A DNA stretch of 63,549 bases, the filler included, from Craspedostauros australis (Eukaryota): NCBI GenBank assembly GCA_030167865.1. It is 8 parts of 8 records of this genome, joined end to end, with 100 filler letters (N's around TTAATTAATTAA, not from the genome) between each part and the next. Parts side by side here need not be neighbours in the genome. Positions count along the whole stretch, not along the records: positions 6,609 to 17,881 come from JALAGF010003667.1; positions 17,982 to 23,399 come from JALAGF010003668.1; 6 more parts are not named here. One strand, written 5' to 3'. Shown in pieces: positions 12,928 to 23,499 of this stretch. A program made the translations under genes and the position numbers. Numbering within the stretch: position 1 is the stretch's first letter; each line of letters opens with the position of its first letter. A model generated the notes under the pieces. That model did not search any database and had not been told where the DNA came from. It was given only the letters and a program-made list of their open reading frames with translations.

Positions 12928-13702
12928 TCACACCTCGGAGCAACGCAACGCAGCGAAAGAACCTACCTCAGAGCAGGCGATCAAACAAACCATAGAGTCC
13001 CATAAAATGACAGAATAATGTACTATATAATTCTATACAGCAATAGCACTCATCAGTAATACCAATTGGCTTTGTTCCATGTACCACCAGTCTTCTGCCA
13101 CTCCCAAGGGCATTGTTTGTGGCCCCTACTATGATGACAGGAACGTGCGCGGCGGTCGCTGCCGACCTAGCAGCAACCACCGCCCTTTGTACATGCAGAT
13201 GTTCTGGCCCTTGCTATCAACCAACACTTGCAGAACGCCTCTTTGTATCGGATCCTGCGCCTTGTGTTGATGTGAGGTTGTAGATACAGACGTAGATACA
13301 GTTGCAGACCTAGATGATGAATGAATGGAGCACCTCATGATTCATCGTACAGGAACGGGGAGTTCCTTCTGTCCAACAGGAATCTCCGCGATCTTTTGTG
13401 AAATGAGACAATCATGAGATTGACCCGTTCGATCAAATTGGAGACGACATTTTTGGGCTCAACTGATCCAGAAGACAGTTCTGGATTCATCGACCATGGC
13501 GAAGCCAAAAGAACGGCCAACATCACCACCGTATCCTTCGCTTTCGCTTGTTGATTGGTGGTTGTGTCTGCGGTGATGGGACGCAATCAATGGATCACCC
13601 AAGAGCAGATCCACCACTATCGCACAATACAAGCGTGTACCTACTCTATCCACGCCAACACGACACCCCCTGAAGTACCAGAGACAAGAAACGGCGACGA
13701 CA

Positions 13703-15078
13703 ATGTCCAGCAACGACGACTACATCACAACGCACATCCCGCGGGATGTAATCGAGCGTTTGGAAGCCGGAGCATTCCGAAGCGTGTGCGCGCATCTGAG
13801 GGAACGCAGCGATGAAGTGCAGAACATCGACATGATGACCCTCACGGGATTCTGCCGCAATTGCTTGGCGAAGGTGAGCGTCTCGAGGTCTTTGCTTTGT
13901 GGTTTCATCAGCTGTGAAACAGTGCAGGTGGAGAAGGATGCATGGCCACATGATTTCGCATGCTCGAAGTAAGCCTTTCTCACCTCAAATACTCTCATGA
14001 TGCAATCAATTTCGATGAACTTCGGGCATTCCCTGTGTCTGCTTGTTGCGCTGGCCATCAGTGGATGGTCTTGGAGGCACGAAAGATTGCGGCGGAGGCA
14101 AAGACTACGGACGGCATCACCAGCGGCAGCAGCAGCAACCATGATGCTAAAACCATCGCTCTCCTCAATGGCTTGGGATACGATGAGGCTGCGAAGTACG
14201 TGTACGGCATGCACTACAAGGACTGGAAGGCAAGGCATTCGAAGAAAGCGTCTGACGATCAAATGGACCGGTTCAATGCGAGCAAACCATTGTGGGCAAA
14301 GCATGACAAGAAATTGCTGGAGAAAAAGTTGACTGCAACTGAGAGCGACGCTCAACAGCAGCAACAGCCGTCCAACGAATCCAAGGCGCCGGCAGGAACA
14401 ATGCCAGCAACAACCAAATCGCTGCAATCCAACGTTTGCTGCCAAGATGTTCCGGACGCTCCAGCGCCAGCGCCAACATCAGCCCCACCACAAAAGAAGA
14501 AATTCCGTGAGCTGCCGCCGTATCAACCACCGGCGCCACCAGCGACTGAGATCAAGATCTCACTCGGTATCCTCATAGTCAGCGATCGTGCATCCAAGGG
14601 CGAGTACGAAACGGGCGATTTGTCGGGCCCGGCCGTTGAGGATGCGGTCACATCATGCATCGAGGGTCTTCGTAAGGACTCGCCAAATGTTCAGCTGACC
14701 AACGTTCAAAAGAAAATCGTTCCAGATGACAAGTCCGCCATTCAAGGTGCCATCGAACAGTGGGCCAACGAGGATGGTGATGCCGGCGGTGTCAACGTGA
14801 TCCTCACATCTGGTGGCACCGGATTTGCGCTGCGGGATATCACGCCGGAAGCCACGAAAGAAATGCTGCGTCACGAGTGCGCTGGATTGATGTCCTTCTG
14901 CACTGCCGAAACCTCAAAGATCCAGCCTTTGGCTGCCTTGTCGCGGGGCACGAGCGGAATCCTGAACAACAACCGCACCTTCATCGCCAACCTTCCTGGC
15001 AACCCCAAGGGTGTGCATGAGATCGTGCCGTACCTCTTGCCGCTCAGCTTGCATGTTCTTGCCGATATTCAGGCATGA
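13703..15078 (+). CDS. DUF1244-domain / molybdopterin adenylyltransferase (MogA/Cnx1G-type) fusion, 2 exons
   Basis: Exon 1 13703-13873 (AAG|GTGAGC), exon 2 14062-15078 (CAG|TGG), phase 0. N-terminal LEAGAFRSVCAHLRERSDEVQNIDMMTLTGFCRNCLAKW...VYGMHYKDWKARH matches DUF1244. C-terminal IVSDRASKG, IVPDD, TSGGTGFALRDITPEAT, LSRG and ANLPGNPKGV match MogA/G-domain motifs. Confidence 0.88.
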
Positions 15079-15983
15079 CACATGCGATGGAACGAGCCAT
15101 GGAGAGCGGGTGCTTCGAATCTGGGTAAATATGGATATTCAAATTGCAAGATTGTTAGACGTACGTGCTCATCCTTTCATGGATGGCGTGTGAGATCATG
15201 CGAGCATAGAGTGGCACGCAAAATGCTTGATGCGTGCCCATTCATATATTAGTACAAATGGAATGAATTCAACATGATGGAATCATGAGCCACTTGCACA
15301 GGTCGTCAGGAATGTTAATCGTATGCGCAATAATGGAACATCATGCAACGACAGATCTCATCAACAACAGCGCATCACACACACACACATTTCAGACCCC
15401 CTTCGCGCGCCTTGAACAATGGCCAATCGGCCAGGCCCCCCTCGTGCATGCCGCTTCTTGTTGCTCCTTCCTGTCGGGAGATACATATTCGGACGTCGTG
15501 TAACCGCCCATCTCATCTGCGGATTCGTGCCGTCGCCCTTCTACACGAGGCTCTGTTCGTATCTTGGCTCCCAGCATGGAGTCTGCGCCTCCGTGGATTC
15601 CTCCGCCTATTTCTTTGGGTGTGTCTGTGAGGGAAAGTGCAGGATGTCGGGATGGCAAGTGTGTGGGTTTCATTTCATTTCATGTCATTTTTGTATTGTT
15701 TTGGTTTTTCTTTTTTTGGTGTGTAATGCCATTCATTTAATTTTTCTTTGTTTCTTGTGGGTGATTGCGAACGGTGGAGGGATGATCGTGCAACGAAAAC
15801 GATCATTCGACGCCATGCCGCTGAATCACTCCATCTCTTTGTTCTTTTCTTTTCTGTTTGTTTTTGCATTTCTTTGCTTCTTCATTTTCAACAACACACT
15901 TGACATGATTTTGTTTCGTCCAGTTGGATTCATTTCATATTGAGCTTTCTCGCTCGCTTGGTCGGTCCAGCTGAAGCTGAACC

Positions 15984-17870
15984 TCAGGCATCGGCGGCGG
16001 GTGGTGCATCACCGCCGCCACCGCCGTCTGCTGCGGCAGATTCTTCTGGCTTCTTGCGCACCCATGTTTTGGAAGCCATCATGTTGACGACTTCGGCACG
16101 GCCAGGGAATCCCCTGCCTCTGCCACGACCGCGACCACGGCCTCTGTAACCACGTCCGCGGTAAGAGTATCCGGAGAAGCCTGTGGAGTATCCAGCCTGG
16201 ACGATTGGGGATGGATGAGCAGCCGAAGCGTCCCCGGATCCGTCCCCGCCTTGGGCGTTGTTGCCGCCACCGCTTTCGGCAGGCTTCTGCTCGCCTTGGT
16301 GATCTTGGCCCTCGCCCTGATGATGATGCTCGGCGTGATCGCCACGGCCTCTGCCGCCTCGTCCACCGCGTCCTCTGCCACGACCTCTGCCCCCGCGGCC
16401 TCCGCGTCTGCCGCCACCACCCTCGTGGTATCCGTAGCCGCCTCTGCCGCCTCTTCCACCACCACGACCACCGTATCCGTATCCCGGATCGTCGTAACCG
16501 TCGTAGTCGTTGTACTCGTCGTAGCCCTGTGAGTAATCGTTGTACTCGTGGTAGTCGTCGCCTCCGTGTCGGTAACCACCCCTGCCTCGGCCTCGGCCTC
16601 TGCCGCCTCTTCCGCCACGGCCTCTGCCTCGTCCACCGCCCTCGTGGTACCCGTCATCTCGTCGGGCCATCTTGGGACCACGCCCGCCTCCGCGGCCTGC
16701 TGGGACGTAGTCTGGCTCACGTTCGAAATCGTCACGCGATCGGCGGTTGCCGGACTCGCCGCGAGCACGTCGTGGACCACGACCTCGCCGGTCATCCCAT
16801 CGTTCCGCATCACGGCCACGAGGTTGGCGTCGGTCCCGTCTGCCGTGATCATCGTTGGCGAGACGATCGAATGCTTCCGACTGCCGTGAGCGACCTCTGC
16901 GGTCATCGCCACGGCGGTTGCCATCACGTTGGCGGTCATCGCGTTGACGGTCATCACGTTGGCGACGGTCCGACCTTCTGTCGCCATCGCGGTCACGGTT
17001 GCGTCCGCCACGACCGGCCTTGCCATCATCCCTGTTGCCGTCTTTGTCCTTGTCCTTGTCTTTGGACTTCTTGGGGCCCTTGGTTTTGTCGTCCTTCTTC
17101 GGTTTGTTCCCCTTGCCACCTTGGCGTGGAGCCTCCAATGCACCTGCCATGAGCAGCGCGTTCTTCGAAGCGGCAGCAGACTGCATCATCATGAGAGAGA
17201 ATGGATGGTGAGCACATGGGTATGGCAAGTTGGTGAATGCGAACAGCGTTTGCACATGGTGACAATTGATGGATGATGGTTGATGGATGGGTTAGTGGTT
17301 GGATCCGTCAGAGCAGTATTGCAGAGCCAAAGGCCAACCGCATGAGCACACACATACATGCATATATACATGCATATATACATGCATTCATGGATCAAGA
17401 CGGTGCAAACAAACACAGCGCGATGGAACGGCACACAATGAACATACCTTGTCATCCCCCTCGCTTTCAGCAGGTGCAGCATCGCCGTCGCCATTGGCAT
17501 CATGAACGTCGCCGCCGCCGGCCGCCTCGTTGTCCTTGTCGATCAAGTTCTGCAGGAGATTGGTGAGCTGCTCCCCGATCTTGTTGGCCAGCGGCTCCTT
17601 GCAGAAGTCCATCTCCATCCCAACGAGCTCCTTGACGATGTAGTTGACGGACTTGGAATTGGAGACCATGGCGAATGCGTAATCCAGAAAGTCGGAGAAA
17701 TCCTCCGTGCTGTTTCCCCCTGCGTCCGAAGACGCATGGAAGAAGGGGAGCAAGGCGATCTTGAGCTCGCGCGTCTCATCCGCAGTCAGCTTGCGCGGCA
17801 GCACGACGGAATCGTCGTTGGGGTCGTCCTCCTCCGGCGCCGCATCGGCATGTGCGGCTTCTTCCGACAT
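15984..17870 (-). CDS. Putative RNA-binding protein: N-terminal PWI-like helical domain plus long RD-rich and RGG/YGG low-complexity region, 2 exons
   Basis: Exon 1 17870-17448 (AAG|GTATGT), exon 2 17180-15984 (CAG|TCT), phase 0, about 539 aa. DFLDYAFAMVSNSKSVNYIVKEL resembles PWI-like domains; many RGRG/RGG repeats. Confidence 0.72.
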
Positions 17871-18283
17871 GGCTCTTCGTGNNNNNNNNNNNNNNNNNNN
17901 NNNNNNNNNNNNNNNNNNNNNNNNNTTAATTAATTAANNNNNNNNNNNNNNNNNNNNNNNNNNNNNNNNNNNNNNNNNNNNCTCGATTCGGTGGGCTGCT
18001 CGAACACCTACACAACGAATACCTCATGGGGTATGACAGCTACCCTGCAAACATGCCAACAGCGCTGACCTTACTCAACCACTGGTCCCACGACCCACGC
18101 AACGTAGCAGGCGCACACACACCGCGTCACACGGGCATGGCATTCGCGCAACAGAACGCAACTGACACCAAATGCGAGCGGTGCGGTCGCACCAACCACA
18201 CCACGGATGAGTGCTATGCTAAATTCCACGAGAATGGCACGGTGCTTGTCAACACCACCGGATGGCACGCCCACGACAGCAAC

Positions 18284-18316
18284 GACTACGACTACGACTA
18301 CGACTACGACTACGAC
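18284..18316 (+). repeat. (GACTAC)5.5 microsatellite encoding a DY repeat between the gag knuckle and the protease
   Basis: Read directly; mirrored in contig 4. Confidence 0.9.
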
Positions 18317-21300
18317 AACAACGAATTTGTATTCATGCAGGTCGATCATCACACACATGGGGATCTCGCCTTCAGCCAACCGTCGACACCCATTCCCAAC
18401 CGATGGGTTCTGTTGGACAACCAATCCACCGTCGACGTTTTCTCCAACCATCACCTTCTTCGCGACATTCACACCGTCAACAAAACACTCACCATCCACT
18501 GCAACGCGGGGACAGCCACCACCGATCAACAAGGCACGCTTCCTGGGTATGGACTTGTATGGTACCACCCCGAAGGAGTGGCCAATATTCTGTCTCTCAG
18601 CAAGGTGAAGTCCATGTTTCGCGTCACCTACGACAGCAACAACACCAACCAATTCGTCGTACACAAGCCAGACGGCACCACGCAGATCTTCCGCGAATCC
18701 AACAACGGACTGTACTACCTTGACACCGGAGCCATCCACAAAAACGTACTCATCAACACAGTAGCCGATAACAAGTCTAGATTCTCGTCTACCGACTAAT
18801 CTCGCGCTCAACTAGCTCGTTCAGTTCAGCAACGCATTGGTCGGCCTACCACTCGCAACTTCATTCGATATGTGCGCAACAACATGATACCAAACTGCCC
18901 GGTCACCACCAAGGACATCCGCAATGCAGAAATCATCTTCGGACCGGATGTCGGCGCGTTGAAAGGCAAAACCACACGCACAGCATCGCCAGTGGTCACA
19001 GCAAGTGTTACCAACTTGCCTGCATACATCATGAAGGAATACCAACAGGTGACTCTCTCTGCCGATATCATGAAAGTGAGCGGAATCCCATTCCTTGTTA
19101 CTGTCTCGCAGCACATCAAGTTCGGGACGGTGGCGAAATTGGACTCCGAATCGAACAAGGCGATCACCCACCAGTTCCACGAGGTGATGAAGCTGTACAA
19201 GCAGCGCGGGTTCAAAGTCAACATGGTGCTCACCGATAACCAGTTCGCTTCCATGCGAGGTGACCTGGCTGCCGATGGCATTGCAATCAACGTTACATCC
19301 CGAGACGAACACGTCCCCGCTATCGAAAGATACATCAGAACCATCAAGGAACGGACTCGCAGTACCTACAACGCCCTTCCTTTCCGCCACTATCCACCCG
19401 CACTCATCATCGAAATGGTGTACCACTCGGTGTACTGGAGCAACATGTTCCCGCACCAAGACGGCATCTCCAAACGAATGAGTCCATCGGAAATCGTGGT
19501 GGGACGCAAACTGGATTTCGCCAGTCACTGCCGCATCGAGTTTGGATTGTACGTCCAAACACATGAGCAGCACGACAACTCAATGGTACCTCGAACGGTG
19601 GGCGCACTCGCGCTACGACCATCCGGCAATGACCAAGGGGGATATCTGTTCTACAGTCTCAAGACCGGACGGCGACTACACCGACGCAGCTGGACCCCTC
19701 TGTCCATGCCAGACGACGTGATTGACCACGTCCACGCCACCGCTAAGCATTCGAGAGGCAAGAAGGACCTCACTTTTGCAGACGCCAACGACCAGGACAT
19801 CATCTCAATCATCAACGGTGACATCGATCACAGCGACTCCGAATACGATCCCGACGACGAATCCGAAGCTAGTGATGAATCACTTGATGCCAACGATGAT
19901 GCATCGGAATCAGAGAGCGAAGATAGCGATGACAGCGACAGCGATGACAGCGACAACGATCAGAGCACTGATGACAGTGATGACGACGACAGCTCCTATC
20001 ACCCTGAAGACGGCGACGAAACCACCGACAACGAGGACGCAGATCTTGACCTCGTCCCCGACATTGTGGTGGAAGGAGCCAGACAACACGAACCTGAAGC
20101 AGAAGCAGCGAATCCACCACCAGCACGAGCCAGACGCAAACCACGCATTGACTACCATCGGCTGCACCACGTGGGAAGAGATGAAGCACATGCATCCATG
20201 ACTCAAATCACATCGGAAAAATGTGAGGAGCCAACTGAATCACACAACGCGTGCGTTTTCCTGACTGAACAAATGAATTGGAAGCAAGGGTTGAAGCTGT
20301 TCCATGAGCGTGGTGAACTTGCCATTAGCAAGGAGCTACAACAGGTGCACGACATGGAAGGCTTTGAACCGAAGCATTGGCACCAACTGACAAAGGACGA
20401 AAGGGCCCAATCACTCCGGTATCTTATGTATCTCAAGGAGAAACGCACAGGCATCATCAAGGGACGTGGGTGCGCCGACGGACGCAAACAGCGCATGTAC
20501 ATGACAAAAGAAGAAACCAGCTCACCCACTGTTTCTTTGCTTGGTCTCATGCTCACTTGTACAATCGACGCCCACGAGAATCGTGATGTGGCAACTGTTG
20601 ACGTGCCCGGCGCTTTCTTGCAGACCAAGTTTGAGGAGGGGGACGTTGTGCATGTGCTCATTGAGGGCCGCATGGCGGAGCTACTCGCGAAAATCGCCCC
20701 AGACGTATACGAAGAATACGTCCGAAAGAAGCGGGGCCAATCGTCGATCTACGTGCAGCTAACCAAGGCTCTCTACGGCACTCTAAAGGCAGCCCTGCAG
20801 TGGTGGAAGGACCTAACGACTACTCTAGTCAACAACGGTTTCATCATCAACCCCTACGACTGGTGCGTCGCGAACAAAACCATCAACGGCAGTCAGTGTA
20901 CTGTTGTGTGGCATGTGGATGATCTCAAGATCTCACACAAAGATAGCACAGCCGTTGACTCCGTCATCGAGATGCTCAGCCAGGCGTATGGTCAACACAG
21001 CCCACTCACCATCAAACGAGGCAAAGTACACGACTACCTCGGTATGCGTCTTGACTACACCAACCCCAACGAGGTACAAATCGACATGGGGGAATATGTG
21101 GACGGTATTCTCGAAGGAGTGCCTGCCGACATGCACGGAAAGGCCACATCACCAGCTGCCGATCATCTCTTCGCTATCAACGACGACAATCCAACCAAAC
21201 TCAGCCAGGACACAGCCGACATGTTCCACCATATTGTCGCCAAGCTGTTGTTCCTCTGCAAGAGGGCACGACCAGACCTCCAAACAGCGGTCGCATTCCT

Positions 21301-21939
21301 GTGTACAAGAGTGAAGTCCCCAGACACAGACGACTACAAGAAGCTGGCGCGCGCAGTCAAGTTCCTCAGATCCACCCGAGACATGACGCTTACCCTGGGG
21401 GGATCATCCTTGCAGAATGTGCAATGGTGGGTGGACGGATCCTTCGGCGTACACGGAGACATGCGAAGCCACACAGGAGCCTACATGTCCGCCGGAAAGG
21501 GAACCATCTACGGGGTCTCATCCAAGCAAAAGCTCAACACAAAGAGTTCCACAGAGGCAGAACTCGTCGCCGTCGACGATGTCATGCCACAGGTGTTATG
21601 GACGCGATACTTCCTACAAGAACAGGGTGTTCACCCAGACCCCACCGTCATCCACCAAGACAACCAGAGCGCGATGCTGCTCGAAAACAATGGGAGAGGG
21701 TCCAGTGGAAAGAAAACGCGACACATTAACATGCGTTTCTTCTTTGTCAGTGACCGCGTCAACAAAGGGGAAATCACAATCCGGTACTGTCCCACCGATG
21801 ACATGATCGGTGACTTCTTTACCAAACCACTGCAGGGAGCCAAATTCAAGCGGTTCCGTGACATCATTCTCAACCGGAAGAGCAACGCCCCACGACCAGG
21901 GGTCTCATACAAACAAGCCCTGCTCGGTGCAAAGGAGTG

Positions 21940-22525
21940 TGTTGGTGCATCAGGCCAAATTGTGAGAGGCGAAGGCACGAAACCGCCAATGACCCGTGAC
22001 GTCACCCAACGGTGCGAAACAACAGCAGGCAGCCACCACCAGCACCATGCAAGCAAACCCAAGGAAAACAACAGAGACAGCAACAGCAACAGCAAAACAG
22101 ACATAAAACCAATTCAAAGTATCTGATTATACACACCCACACCAATCTCACTGTACAACATCTGGATTGACCTTCGGTTGATAGCCGGGTAGCATCCGGT
22201 GTTGAGCAGTTGCCTCAACAGGATCATCGATGTGCCCGTGACAACGAGGGACCTCCCGGGGCGAAAACGAGCTGCGACGACGGCGAAGCAAACCACGACC
22301 CTGGGCTGCACAGCCGCCAGTGCGCACCAACAGTTTCATTTCTGGCGGCACGCCCAATCTTCGCCCTCTGAGGGAAACACAAACAACGAACAGAGACACA
22401 AGCGGGAGAGAGAGGGCAGCGCTGGCAGTGAATTGCCCACAAATACTATTATTAGATATTATTAATATTATTCTAGTAAGAAGTGAATACAAGGATGGAT
22501 TCAGAAAGCAGCGACCTGTCGAACA
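21940..22525 (+). repeat. Putative 3' LTR (about 586 bp) preceded by a purine-rich tract
   Basis: AAAGGAGTG then TGTTGG at 21940; candidate end TCGAACA at 22525 gives TGTT..AACA termini. No second LTR in the window to confirm the boundaries. Confidence 0.65.
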
Positions 22526-22800
22526 ATGACAACGTACCGGTGGCACTCGCGCTGGTATGCGCAGCCGGTGCTTCCACTGGTTTGGGCGCGTCCGTCGTCT
22601 TCTTCCCAGTGCTCGTCAAGCTGTCATCCAGGCGTGTCCTTGCGTCGGCCTTGGCCTTCTCGGCTGGCATCATGATCTACGTTTCATTCGTCGAGATCTT
22701 CATCAAGTCCAAGCTGAGCTTCATGGACGCAGGCAACACCGAGGATGAGGCATTCATTTATGCAACGTTCAGCTTCTTCCTGGGCATCATCATTATGTCG
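22495..22800 (+). CDS. ZIP-family (ZupT-like) metal transporter, first exon only
   Basis: NVPVALALVCAAGASTGLGASVVFF..RRVLASALAFSAGIMIYVSFVEIF..FFLGIIIM matches ZIP TM1-3; donor TCG|GTACGT at 22801. Remainder not in this contig. Confidence 0.85.
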
Positions 22801-23255
22801 GTACGTGCTTCGTGGGATGGTCCGTGGACCTTGCACAAACTCGGTTTTAGAGTACTCTACTCTACTCGACTCCGTTCTACTGTAGAGTACAAGGATTGTC
22901 AGCATTCACGCCAAGCAACCAGCCAATGACAATGCCCCCTCGCTTGCCCAGAAGCTTTGCAACATGCCCCCTCCGGACCGTTGGACTCAACTGCCGTCTG
23001 TGACACCCGGCAAAATGGGTCGAATTAGTCAATATGCGATGTGACTGACCCAGCCAATCAGAGCTTTCTGTATTGGCGATGACAACTGTTTTCCCGAGAA
23101 GAAAGTTCTCGATTCAAACTNNNNNNNNNNNNNNNNNNNNNNNNNNNNNNNNNNNNNNNNNNNNNNNNNNNNNNNNNNNNNAGAAACTCCGAGAATGACC
23201 CTCGCTAAGTTTGCCTTGGTTAAATCCCGAGCAATCGTGCCAACACCAAACCCTT

Positions 23256-23399
23256 GATTTATTTAGACGTCATTCGAATTAAATAGACGTCATTCGATTT
23301 ATTTAGACGTTATTAGAATTAAATAGTCGTCATTAGATTTATTTAGACGTCATTAGAAATAAATAGTCGTCATTTGATTTATTTAGACGTCATTCGAAA
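23256..23399. repeat. AT-rich minisatellite, 20-bp units alternating A/B (40-bp period), running into contig end
   Basis: GATTTATTTAGACGTCATT(C/A) alternates with GAA(T/A)TAAATAG(A/T)CGTCATTN; 7 units plus a partial one. Confidence 0.9.
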
Positions 23400-23499
23400 N
23401 NNNNNNNNNNNNNNNNNNNNNNNNNNNNNNNNNNNNNNNNNNNTTAATTAATTAANNNNNNNNNNNNNNNNNNNNNNNNNNNNNNNNNNNNNNNNNNNN

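Larger units (their letters stand above)
17982..22525 (+). mobile_element. Ty1/copia (CoDi-like) LTR retrotransposon, 5' part cut off by contig start
   Basis: One reading frame carries a CCHC knuckle (CERCGRTNHTTDEC), protease (LLDNQSTVD), integrase (LSADIM..TDNQF..EHVPAIERYIRTIKE), RT (VWHVDDLKISH) and RNase H (VDGSF, STEAELV, HQDNQSA, DFFTKPL) in copia order. In-frame TAA at 18797-18799. Confidence 0.96.

Noticed and set aside
1..13030. Apparent 6.6-kb tandem duplication of HSF-MFS-orphan
   Set aside because: The copies are separate contigs starting at the same base; redundancy or haplotypes is more likely than a tandem array.
13100..13600. Possible small spliced minus-strand gene
   Set aside because: An intron-like segment exists near 13260-13335, but no frame-consistent recognisable protein results.
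23256..23399. CRISPR-like repeat/spacer pattern
   Set aside because: The would-be spacers are themselves repeats, units are 20 bp, there are no cas genes and the context is eukaryotic.
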